Both the position numbers and the translations under genes were made by a program. From Haliotis rufescens (Eukaryota), in assembly GCF_023055435.1 (NCBI RefSeq), contig NW_025964013.1:4030001-4094000 (forward strand): a DNA stretch of 64,000 nucleotides, in the 5' to 3' direction. The notes beneath the pieces are model-generated. The model was not told the DNA's origin and ran no database searches. It worked only from the letters and a program-made list of their open reading frames with translations. This document shows positions 13,241 to 25,129 of this stretch, piece after piece. The number at the start of each line of letters is the position of its first letter. Position 1 is the stretch's first letter.

Positions 13241-15035
13241 ATGACGTATCTCGTGGTTGTTCTGCTGCTGTTGGCGTGTTCAGTCCCACTTTCCTCCTCG
13301 AGGCAGGTAGGTGATGATGACATCCAAGAGTTGTACGGAGTAGCCAGCAGCTATTCGCAGTGCTCCAACACCTACTGGAGAAGACTTCGATCTGCTAGTG
13401 GTATTGTTCTGGTTGTGAGAAGCGGATGCCTGAAGGATCAGAACACTTTCCGGGCATCACTGAAGACGATTCAATGTTCTGACATAACGGCTGCTGTTTC
13501 TAAGTTCTGTACTGGACGATTCACCAGGTATTGGTCTACAAAATTGGTATGTCGGTTTGCCAGAAAAGTCAATAAGCGCTGTGAGGCAAGCGATGACAGA
13601 AGCCCCTTGTGCAAACAGGCAATGTCTCGAATGCCTCAAAAATGGGCTAGTTTAACGTGTAAAGGATACGAAAGGTATTGCAAAAGCTCCAGTTACCTCC
13701 GCAGATACTACATTAGATTTATGTGTAAACTGGCTGAAAACTTCTATTCTAACTGCTGTCAAGTCGATCCAGTGACAGAGCCAATCTCAACAACACCTGC
13801 AACAACGGCAACAACCGACGTCCCTACAACTGAGCCGCCTACAACTGAGCCGACCACTACGATTACAACCGACGTCCCTACAACCGAGGTCCCAACAACT
13901 GAGCCGACCACTACGGTGACAACCGAAGTCTCTACAACCGAGTCGACCACAGTCCCAACGACCACAGTCCCAACGACCACAACAACTGAAACAACTCTCC
14001 CCGAAGTTGCGGACAAAACTTTCTGTATGTATTCTTGTATGTTTCCTATACTGACTGTACACATAGAGCTTTACAATGTTTATTCTTATGAATTCTTTGA
14101 AACGTGGGCATGTTTATGTTTGGTCAGTCGTCGATACGTTACGAAACAACATTAATAGCTTAAATTAAAAGTCCAGTTTCCATCCTTGCCGAATTGGAAT
14201 TTCGTGTCCCGATCATAGCGCCACCAGTGGCCGTTACGAGTTATGTCCTTTCTGTGTCCCTCCTATTGACAAATCAGATTCCACCTCTCCTTTCACTCAT
14301 TTTTTCAAACAGAATGGGGGCGTCAAGAACGTACGATCTGATCGATAACCAAGATCTTTATTGTACTAAAATGTGTCTCACCTCGCGAGGTACATCAAAT
14401 CACTTGGGCACCTTGATTTAATATATGGAAACATTTGAAAAACATCTGTCGACGCCCAGCTGACAGTACACATGTTCGGCAAATCCTGCAATCGCCCGAA
14501 ATCTGCACGGCAGTCGCCACGTTACCAATATCTATTTCGTTCCGCGATTTTGATTGGATTAAGCATAGACTCGTTCGTCAAGCCAACATGTAACTCCATA
14601 ATTTCCGACCAGTTCGGCAAGGGTGGAAACTGGACTTTCAAAGGCAGTTTACTATCTTGTCTTGTGAAGATGAGGCATTGTTCAAAAAGACAGTTCCTGT
14701 TCTTAAAACTATAGAATAAAGGACAGCTCATTTGGATTTGTTTAATGTACAGCGATCTGATATCATACTCATTTTCTATTTTATTCCACTTATCTAAAAT
14801 TGTAGACTGGTATTTATAGTTCCCATGAGACGTAACACTTTTTTACAGTTGGAGTGGTCATTGTTAACTTGTAATGACCTGTTTCTTTTGTTGATTCACA
14901 GTAACCGCTTGTACGCAACGATGTGTGCGCAACGACCTAGTGGGTTCACTGTGTGATACTGGAACGCTGGTCGAGGAATGTGACAATCTTCTTGTTGCAG
15001 AGTATGTGGGCTCGTATACCTGCTGTTCAGGTTAA
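13241..15035 (+). CDS. Secreted Cys-rich cationic/mucin-stalk protein, copy 1 (305 aa); CDS join(13241..14024,14902..15035)
   Basis: Signal peptide MTYLVVVLLLLACSVPLSSS. Donor TTCT|GTATGT and acceptor TTCACAG| are phase 1 and give ...ADKTF-LTACTQRCVRNDLVGSLCDTGTLVEECDNLLVAEYVGSYTCCSG*. Exon 2 is conserved across paralogs while the introns diverge. Confidence 0.9.
14165..14641. mobile_element. MITE in intron 1 of copy 1 with ~26-bp TIRs and TTAA-like ends (Kolobok-like)
   Basis: AAAGTCCAGTTTCCATCCTTGCCGAA (14168-14193) vs TTCGGCAAGGGTGGAAACTGGACTTT (14613-14638), 1 mismatch; absent from intron 1 of copies 2-5. Confidence 0.8.
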
Positions 15036-16420
15036 TACAGGTAAGCCTTGGATAAACTTTTCGTAAGGTTCACATAATTGGTGGCCATCATTCCTTCTTC
15101 AATCGGATGGAACACGTTTCTGATTCAAACCATTATCTAGAAATTCTTGTATCATTGTATCAAATCAAACATTCAGACGGCTGCAATAGTGTCATGCTAA
15201 ACACGAATTATAATTGTATCTTCATGTTATGGTTTTTTGAGCCCCTAATAAATTGTGTGATTTCGTGACTTGCAACAATCCTAATACACTAAAATTAAGT
15301 CTTAACTTTGAGAATATTTATTTCTGTTAGCACTTAGATGGGTCAAATGACTTTGTCTTGTTTATTTTATGTTGATAATGTCTCGCTGAGCGAGACGCGT
15401 CGATCAGCCGAAATCTTATTACCGTCACATGATTTCGAGCGTCTCCATCACAGTCAAGTTTAACATAGATCCATAACATCATCAGTTACATGGCATTACA
15501 GTCAGCAGGTTACCAACAACAGCCGATGCAAAATGCATAAGAACAAGTTTGATTAAAATGTGAATTTGTGAACAAGTAAGTTTTGAGGTATGTTTTCATT
15601 ACTTTTTGAATATCTTTCCTCGTGTAGCTTAATTCATAACATAACTTCAGCAACAAGAGGCAAACACATTGAAGAGTCAACCTTGATTACGATATTGAGC
15701 GCGAGGCTGCATACTAGTATTAAGGGCTCGAAAATATATTAAAATTAAGGGCTTGAACACTTGTGTCGTGGTGGCATGTATGGCTGTGTCAGTTAATTTA
15801 ACTGTTGATCCCTACGGGGAGTAGTTTTCGTTTCTAATTTATTTCATAAGTTCGCAAGCGAATGCAACGCACGGTTCAAATATTGCTGTCGTGGTTGGAG
15901 AGATAGAGCTGGATCGGTAACCATTCGAGTTTAATGTATCATTTGGGTAGTGCGTGAATACTGCTTATTTAACTCAATATACAGACTGAATAGGATTCGG
16001 TTAGTTTGAAAAGCGCAAACTGTTTTATTCTTTAAGTCTTTTGGGCAGATGATATATTGCTAAGTTGATAACTAGGGTAGATATTGACTCAAGGAGTTTT
16101 ACAAACAAAACTTTAAGTGTTGTGGCCGATTCACTGTGTGGCTATAACTAACATTAACAGTAAAATCAGCGGCTTCACAATCCGAAGGTGCAACGTTCGT
16201 AACCCACTTGAGAAAGATTCAACATTCTCATTATATTTATTTTTTTCCATTTCTGGAAAGATTCTGGGTTCCTTGTGCCTCTTCAAATATTTGTGTAGCA
16301 ATCTGTGACTCATCGAGAACGTCAATTATAGAAGTTGTTTATATATAATCTGTTTGTCGTCATCATTGCAGCACAACAGTGAGGCTAGTATTTATTATAA
16401 TTAAGTTTTCTATATTTCAG

Positions 16421-16500
16421 GGGGGCGTCTCCACATTTGCACCGGATGCTGAACTCCATCTTAATTCCATAAAAATAAACTGATATTGCAGCAAAACAAT
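16421..16500 (+). other. Non-coding exon 3 (3'UTR) of copy 1 with polyA signal
   Basis: Donor CAG|GTAAGC at 15041, acceptor TTTCTATATTTCAG| at 16420, AATAAA 16474-16479, downstream GT-rich tract; homologous in all copies. Confidence 0.75.
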
Positions 16501-17799
16501 GTCTGTCTTCACTTGATTATGGATTTATGCCCAACTATACAAGCAACAAAGGAATTAGATTGATGATTTAATGTCATCATGATTTCCTAAATGTGAATCA
16601 GAGACAAATGTTAGCTTGTTACGACTGCCATTAGAGCTATACTTGACTCTGTCCCAAAGTTATCTCACTTACGACACAAATCTTAGCTAAATCAGTCATC
16701 TCTTATTAGACGGGGGTGCCATAAATTGGTGGTTTTCAAATAACGTTATCGACCATTCAGGGAAATTCCCAGTGTGAAAACCATTTTTGCATTTATAATT
16801 AAAAAATAATATATACAATTTTAAGATAAACAATTGAACAGCAAGTGGAGAAATGTGTTGGTGGTTTGATTAATGATGGTATCGATCTTTTTTCGACATA
16901 TTATTGTCATAAACAGTTGACCATTGTTAAATATATCATAAAGCTGTTTTCCATTATAAATAGATCCAGCAAGCTTTGAATATAAATATAAAAGACTAAA
17001 GATGAGTGACAAACAAATTTTTAAGTAAATTAAATGACTAACCAGAATATAACAGCTGCTTTACTGTCTTGCGTGCACTGAGTTGGATCTTCTGCAACAT
17101 TGTAACATTAGTATATGAAATTAACAAATATTCAACCAAGCGGCATGCATTTGGTCTTATTCGGCACTGTTACATATCACTCATCAGTAGAATGCACCTT
17201 TATGTACCGACAAAGCCCTTTGTCTTGCCATTCATTGCATATGCATGTATTTGATAGTTTGACACGAACAATTGACAAGACTTTACATACATTTGTGTAA
17301 GAATAGTCCGATTTCATTTTCTTATTCCGCTAACGATTAGGTCAGTTGAGACTGGATATAAATTCACACGGCGATAACATGGTTCACTTTAAAACAATTA
17401 GAATACAATTTCTAAGAAACTGACACGACACGACACGACACTCAAGTAACAAAACAAACAATTCTCAAAGGAAAATACTCCAGTAGAAGACGTGATTTGT
17501 CAACATTGGGCGTTAGCCTAAAACATTTCTGTCTGTTCAGTGGCGGGTAGGGAAGGAATATTCAAAGTTGAGAGAATAAAATTCAATTGTGTTCTATTAT
17601 CATGCCTAATGAAATATTCGCATACTATTTTTCAGCACTGAATTTGATACATTGTACAGCAGTCGAAGGAAATCAACACTGACACTATATAAATTAATTG
17701 CTCTTGACAGTTTCACGATTATGGCGATATCGTGCAATCAGTGTGTTAGGTTTTGAAAGGCATTTATAAGTGATGAGGAAGAGAATTTATGCATGTCAA

Positions 17800-18822
17800 T
17801 TCTTTATTTTGAGGAACATAACGTTTCGGCGTATATGCTTACTCCTTCATCAGGTGAATGAATGATATGAGGCCGAGAGAATATTTTTTCACGTAAGAAC
17901 AAAAGTAATAAGATCACAAAAGGTGGACAAGTAGCAAGGGAAGCCAACAGATAACTGACGACGATCAGCAACAGACAATGGAATGCTACAGTCACACAGA
18001 CGACGCGAACGCGATGCAACCTATCACCGATCAGAACATAATGCATATAAAAGGTGCTTTTTCTGAATCAAATCATTTCTTTGCAAGTTGTCATCGATGA
18101 AGCGCCGTTTCATCACCGCCTCATCACGGATCAATCACCGATAGGTTGCCACTTGGTTGCAAAGAGTCGACGAGTAGGCGAAACCGATCGCCACAGGGGG
18201 AAAGCAATCTGGGATTGAAATAACACCAAGTGACCCCTAGGAGACCAATGAAACCTCCGAGCGACCACATCGATCGCAGCCAGTCTTTTGTGCATGTTCA
18301 AAAGACTGGTTGCGACTGAATGGGTTTTGCGACCGCTCTGAAACCTTATAGCGACCTCAGTAAAATCTTTCAGAGACCCCTTGAACCTCATTGCGATTGT
18401 CAAATATTTTGGTCGCAAGGAGGTTGCATCGCGGTCGCATTGTCTGTGTGACTGAGGCTGAAATAGCAATGGCAAATAGAGGCCAGCTAGATAACTGGCA
18501 CTGACAAAGATCAAAGCAATAAGTCCCAAGCACTTGGCAGGTATGTTCCCTGGTCACGGTTGCTGGCTGGCTGGTGTCTTCTGATGTCAATGGCTTCTTG
18601 CAGGTTTTTTTGTCGACAGTTGTTGTTGTTGTTGGTAGACAGAACTTTGGTGACTTCGCACATGATGTTATTGTCTTGGTTCTTGAGGATGCGTTCGGAA
18701 ATAGTGGATTTCTGGCCTAGTTTGTTGACGGAGGTCTGATGTTCTTTAAGTCTTGTGTTGAGGGGTCTGAGAGTTTCTCCAATGTACTGGTGGCCACAGT
18801 CACGGGGAACCGGAATATACAT
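17800..18822 (-). mobile_element. Penelope-like retroelement 3' fragment: GIY-YIG endonuclease plus terminal region with hammerhead-like motif
   Basis: ORF 18511-18822: C..QYIGET.RPLNTRLKEH...EAIDI...NRDQG; CTGATGA..GAAAC at 17853-17823. Confidence 0.85.
17984..18459. mobile_element. Non-autonomous DNA transposon (Harbinger-like MITE) nested in the Penelope fragment
   Basis: ~37-bp TIRs: GCTACAGTCACACAGACGACGCGAACGCGATGCAACC vs reverse complement GCCTCAGTCACACAGACAATGCGACCGCGATGCAACC. Confidence 0.8.
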
Positions 18823-18949
18823 CCTCGGGGTCGGAAATTACACTGTAGATGTGTCTTGATTGACTATATTACAGGAGTGTTTCTGAGCAGTTCGTGAGAG
18901 ATTATATCTTTACGCTTAATCAGCAATATGGAAGCTATTCACGCATATG

Positions 18950-20510
18950 ACATGAAAAAGGACAGTCACCTCACGCGTTTCCTCATGCATTACGATAGTC
19001 ACCTCACCCGTTTCCTCATGCATTAAGAAAGCCACCTCACCCGTTTCATCATGCATTAAGATAGTCACCTCACCCGTTTCCTCATGCATTAAGAAAGCCA
19101 CCTCACCCGTTTCCTCATGCATTAGGAAACCACCTCACCCGTTTCCTAATGCATTACGACAGTCACCTTACCCGTTTCCTCATGCATTAAGATAGTCACC
19201 TCACCCGCTTCCTCATGCATAAGGATAGTCACCTTACCCGTTCCCTCATGCATTACGACAGTCACCTCACCCGTTTCCTCATGCATTAAGAAAGCCACCT
19301 TACCCGTTTCCTCATGCATTAAGATAGTCACCTCACCCGTTTCCTCATGCATTAAGATAGCCACCTCACCTGTTTCCTCATGCATTACGACAGTCACCTC
19401 ACCCGTTTCCTCATGCATTAAGAAAGCCACCTCACCCGTTCCCTCATGCATTAAGATAGTCACCTCACCCGTTTCCTCATGCATTAAGATAGTCACCTCA
19501 CCCGTTTCCTCATGCATTAAGATAGTCACCTCACCCGTTTCCTCATGCATTAAGATAGTCACCTCACCCGTTTCCTCATGCATTAAGATAGTCACCTCAC
19601 CCGTTTCCTCATGCATTAAGATAGTCACCTCACCCGTTTCTCATGCATTAAGACAGTCACCTTACCCGTTTCCTCATGCATTAAGAAAGTCACCTCACCC
19701 GTTTCCTCATGCATTACGACAGTCACCTTACCCGTTTCCTCATGCATTAAGAAAGTCACCTTACCCGTTTCCTCATGCATTAAGATAGCCACCTCACCCG
19801 TTTCCTCATGCATTAAGAAAGTCACCTTACCCGTTTCCTCATGCATTAAGATAGTCACCTCACCCGTTTCCTCATGCATTAAGAAAGTCACCTCACCCGT
19901 TTCTTCATGCATTAAGATAGGCACCTCACCCGTTTCTTCATGCATTAAGATAGCCACCTCACCCGTTTCCTCATGCATTACGACAGTAACCTCACCCGTT
20001 TCTCATGCATTAAGATAGTCACCTCACCCGTTTCCTCATGCATTAAGAAAGCCACCTCACCCGTTTCTTCATCCATTACGATATTCACCTTACCCGTTTC
20101 CTCATGCATTAAGATAGTCATCTCACCCGTTTCCTCATGCATTAAGATATTCACCTTACCCGTTTCCTCATGCATTAAGATAGTCATCTCACCCGTTTCC
20201 TCATGCATTAAGATAGACACCTTACCCGTTTCCTCATGCATTAAGATAGTCATCTCACCCGTTTCCTCATACATTAAGATAGACACCTTACCCGTTTCCG
20301 CATGCATTAAGAAAGACACCTCACCCGTTTCCTCATGCATTAAGATAGTCACCTCACCCGTTTCCTCATGCATTAAGATAGTCACCTCACCCGTTTCCTC
20401 ATGCATTAAGATAGTCACCTCACCCGTTTCCTCATGCATTAAGATAGTCACCTCACCCGTTTCCTCATGCATTAAGATAGTCACCTCCTCCTGCATTACG
20501 ACAGCCACCT
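18950..20510. repeat. 33-bp minisatellite (GCATTAAGATAGTCACCTCACCCGTTTCCTCAT)n, about 47 units
   Basis: Direct reading; 11-aa periodic spurious ORFs. Confidence 0.95.
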
Positions 20511-21164
20511 CGTTAGTCCAGCCTAAATGTAACTTCATAATACCAGCCCAGTTCGTCAAGGGTGGAAACTTGACTTTTATAGTCAGTTAACTCTCTTGCC
20601 TCGGGAAGATGGATTTTTGGTACGCATTGATTGTTCCATACCTAACCGTAACCACATTAACATTTACATGTATTTATAGCTATGTCATTTCCATTTCTTT
20701 TCAAATTTTGTCCTTCAGGGCTGTCCAAAACTCCTTTGAAGATGAAATGCTATTTTCAAGAATTTCCTATTTTAATCAAGAAGCAGTTGCTTTTGCTGTA
20801 AACAAATAGACTTGTTGTTACATTTGGCTGCAATATAGCACGATGGCGCCTTTTTTTCATCATGTGCCCTGAAAGTATTTAGGCCAGCACACTGAGCTTC
20901 TTTCAAACCTCACATTCCCAGTGAAACCATTGCCTGTTTTCTATACCTTGATTAATTTCCCGCTGCATGGTTTCCCCAGCATATTAACTATTCTTATGCT
21001 CTCATCAAAGTTGAGAATAGAAAGGCATTTCAGTCATACACGAAACTGTATCGAATAAAAGATGATTTATAGAAAGCCTTCTTCCATTCTATAATCCAAT
21101 TTAAAGTAACATCGTTCATGATCCTTGCGCATGATCGGATTGGGTCCTGGATGAAGCGCTCGTG

Positions 21165-23240
21165 AGACAATATCCACTGTGATCTGCTGACTGCAGACAG
21201 ATGGGGCTAGGCCTGTGACTTACAGACAATATCCACTGTGGTCTGCTGACTGTAGACAGATGGGGCTAGGCCCGTGACTTACAGACAATATCAACTGTGG
21301 TCTGCTGACTGTAGACAGATGGGGCTAGGCCTGTGACTTACAGACAATATCCGCTGTGGTCTGCTGACTGTAGACAGATGGGGCTAGGCCTGTGACTTAC
21401 AGACAATATCCACTGTAGTCTGCTGTCTGTAGACAGATGGGGCTAGGCACGTGACTTACAGACAATATCCACAGTAGTCTGCTGTCTGTAGACAGATGGG
21501 GCTAGGCCTGTGACTTACAGACAATATCCACTGTAGTCTGCTGTCTGTAGACAGATGGGGCTAAGCCTGTGACTTACAGACAATATCCGCTGTGGTCTGC
21601 TGACTGTAGACTGATGGGGCTAGGCCTGTGACTTACAGACAATATCCACTGTAGTCTGCTGTCTGTAGACAGATGGGGCTAGGCCCGTGACTTACAGACA
21701 ATATCCACTGTGGTCTGCTGACTGTAGACAGATGGGGCTAGGCCCGTGACTTACAGACAATATCCGCTGTGGTCTGATGACTGTAGACTGATGGGGCTAG
21801 GCCTGTGACTTACAGACAATATCCACTGTGATCTGCTGACTGTAGACAGATGGGGCTAGGCCCGTGACTTACAGACAATATCCACAGTAGTCTGCTGACT
21901 GTAGACAGATGGGGCTAGGCCTGTGACTTACAGCCAATATCCACAGTAGTCTGCTGACTGTAGACAGATGGGGCTAGGCCTGTGACTTACAGACAATATC
22001 CACTGTGGTCTGATGACTGTAGACAGATGGGGCTAGGCCTGTGACTTACAGACAAATCCACTGTGGTCTGCTGACTGTAGACAGATGGGGCTAGGCCTGT
22101 GACTTACAGACAATATCCACTGTGATCTGCTGACTGTAGACAGATGGGGCTAGGCCCGTGACTTACAGACAATATCCACAGTAGTCTGCTGACTGTAGAC
22201 AGATGGGGCTAGGCCTGTGACTTACAGACAATATCCACTGTGATCTGCTGACTGTAGACAGATGGGGCTAGGCCCGTGACTTACAGACAATATCCACAGT
22301 AGTCTGCTGACTGTAGACAGATGGGGCTAGGCCTGTGACTTACAGACAATATCCACAGTAGTCTGCTGACTGTAGACAGATGGGACTAGGCCTGTGACTT
22401 ACAGACAATATCCACTGTGGTCTGATGACTGTAGACTGATGGGGCTAGGCCCGTGACTTACAGACAATATCCACAGTAGTCTGCTGACTGTAGACAGATG
22501 GGGCTAGGCCCGTGACTTACAGACAATATCCGCTGTGGTCGGCTGACTGTAGACTGATGGGGCTAGGCCTGTGACTTACAGACAATATCCACAGTAGTCT
22601 GCTGACTGTAGACAGATGGGGCTAGGCCTGTGACTTACAGACAATATCCACTGTGGTCTGATGACTGTAGACTGATCGGGCTAGGCCCGTGACTTACAGA
22701 CAATATCCACAGTAGTCTGCTGACTGCAGACAGATGGGGCTAGGCCTGTGACTTACAGACAATATCCACTGTGGTCTGCTGACTGTAGACAGATGGGGCT
22801 AGGCCCGTGACTTACAGACAATATCCACAGTAGTCTGCTGACTGTAGACAGATGGGGCTAGGCCTGTGACTTACAGACAATATCCACAGTAGTCTGCTGA
22901 CTGTAGACAGATGGGGCTAGGCCTGTGACTTACAGACAATATCCACAGTAGTCTGCTGACTGTAGACAGATTGGGCTAGGCCCGTGACTTACAGACAATA
23001 TCCACTGTGGTCTGCTGACTGTAGACAGATGGGGCTAGGCCCGTGACTTACAGACAATATCCACTGTGGTCTGCTGACTGTAGACTGATGGGGCTAGGCC
23101 CGTGACTTACAGACAATATCCACTGTGGTCTGCTGACTGTAGACTGATGGGGCTAGGCCCGTGACTTACAGACAATATCCACAGTAGTCTGCTGACTGTA
23201 GACAGATGGGGCTAGGCCCGTGACTTACAGACAATATCCA
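21165..23240. repeat. 59-bp minisatellite, about 35 units
   Basis: GACTTACAGACAATATCCACTGTGGTCTGCTGACTGTAGACAGATGGGGCTAGGCCTGT; period 59 (21217, 21276). Confidence 0.95.
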
Positions 23241-24539
23241 TGTTAGTATGATGTTAGTAGAAGATAGAATTTGAACAGAGAAGTCATTTGAACTTGATTT
23301 GAATTTACATGTCAGGATGCAGGGATGTAGGGAGCGATGAGGATAAACAATGGCAGTGCATTGTACTTATTATATTATACCTTGCCGGCACTCAAGTGAA
23401 CAAGGACTGATGGATGGCAACAATCATTCATGTCCCTGACCTAATGGCTGTAACCGCCTGGGTCCAGTTTCTCAAAGCGTTCTTAACGCTAGGACTCTCC
23501 AACGTCTATGTTAAAGTATGGGTTAAATCTTAGAACTAGGTCGCTCAGTGGAATAGTGTTGTTCTGAAGGTCGTTTCATTCAGTGAGTGAGTTATTAACG
23601 TTATACGGCGCTAAGCAACGTCCAAGCATTAACACCGCGGGGATAACCTACAGGGCTTCACACATTTTCCCTATGTGGGATGAGGATCGAACAGTTTTAG
23701 CATTAGGCTATCCTACTGCCCCCAACAAATTGGTGCTTTCAAAATCCACTGTGAAATATGCCCTTCATGTATTTTTATTTTTATTTTTCACGTTTCAGGT
23801 TTATTCCGTCCCCAAACTAATGCACAATCAACTGACGTGCTCATGTAATGGATCTGAAAACGTGTATCATTCACATTATCTTATCATTATCACATGAGGC
23901 CGCTGGGATTAATGTTAGTGTGTGGTATAATGTGGTATAATGTACGTATGGTATGTGTGTGTGCGTGCGTGGGGTGGGTGTGTGAGTATCTACGTGTTTG
24001 TGTATGATAACTTTAATTTGGCGTGTGTGTGCGTGTGCGTGCGAGCGTGCGTGTTCATAACCCAACCTTAATTTTAAACATTGTGTTAGTATATGTCTTA
24101 TTTTACCTTATCCAGATCATGACGTTATAATTTGCTTTTATGTCTTAGTGTCTCGTAAACCAATACCTGGTCGGATGTTAAATTTTATTGTTCGTGTACG
24201 TGTTTTAGTATGAAGTGTATATAACATGTGACACTATAATAAACATTATTCTCCCTCTCTCTCTTCTCTCTCTTCGTACAGAGAACAGACTTTGTGTCAT
24301 TCATTCATTCATTCATTCAAAGAAAATACGACACTACACGTCTTTTATTGTGCTTCAAAAGTCAATTTTCCCTGGACGCACGTATCTTACGCTATCCAAT
24401 GACACCTGTATAGTCGTATCTGTGTGCGTGACACATGAATACTCATTTCATTACCCTGCAATCCCCTCACACATGTTCTCAAATGTTGCTGTTATTTATA
24501 TATCTGTACATGTTCCAGTCTTGCTTTCTTATCTTTATC

Positions 24540-24705
24540 GGGGCGGTCGGGTAGCCTAGTGGTTAAAGCGTTCGCTCGTCACGCCGAAGACCCGGGTTCG
24601 ATTCCCGACATGGGTACAATGTGTGAAGCCCATTTCTGGTGTCCGCCGCCGTGATATTGCTGGAATATTGCTAAAAACGGCGTAAAACCATACTCACTCA
24701 CTCAC
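24540..24705 (+). mobile_element. tRNA-derived SINE, family B (short)
   Basis: A-box TAGCCTAGTGG, B-box GGTTCGATTCC, ACTC tail, 13-bp TSD TCTTATCTTTATC (24527-24539 and 24706-24718). Confidence 0.93.
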
Positions 24706-25129
24706 TCTTATCTTTATCCTACTCCGTATCTGATATCCAATTGGTTTATCATCTGCCCAACAGACATGTTCATTGGCTAATTTATTTTAATTGTGTCTCA
24801 CAACGTTTTTTAATGAAAATCTCGCATGTCCTTTCTTCCACGATTTCAAAGAACGTCATACAACTCTTGCTTAGAAGTTGTTTGATCAAGGTTACAAGGC
24901 CTCAGTAAAGCTTTCAAAACGTGCTATGGTAGGCGTGTGGAGGGCTTTTCCCAATTTGACGCATGAGTGACTAAAATGATGTCGATGCTGTACCTCATTT
25001 TGACGTGTACCATATATTCCCGTGTGTTTTCATGTGAACACTTGACTTGCCATTGCATGTGTTTGTAACATGCCACCAGTGGGGAAGGACACGCTCACCT
25101 ATTCGCGAACAGCAATATTTGATAGTGTT

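Noticed and set aside
15031-16452. Alternative donor GTTAAT making exon 3 coding (GGRLHICTGC* in copy 1)
   Set aside because: Weak donor, and the peptide is not conserved in copies 2-5.
18916-20590. MHEETGEVTIL-repeat protein
   Set aside because: 33-bp minisatellite with frame-breaking single-base deletions and no unique coding flanks.
21165-23240. CRISPR-like regular array
   Set aside because: Head-to-tail 59-bp units without unique spacers; eukaryotic context; no cas genes.
24540-24612. tRNA genes at SINE heads
   Set aside because: They have A/B boxes but continue into SINE bodies with tails and TSDs; no clean cloverleaf.
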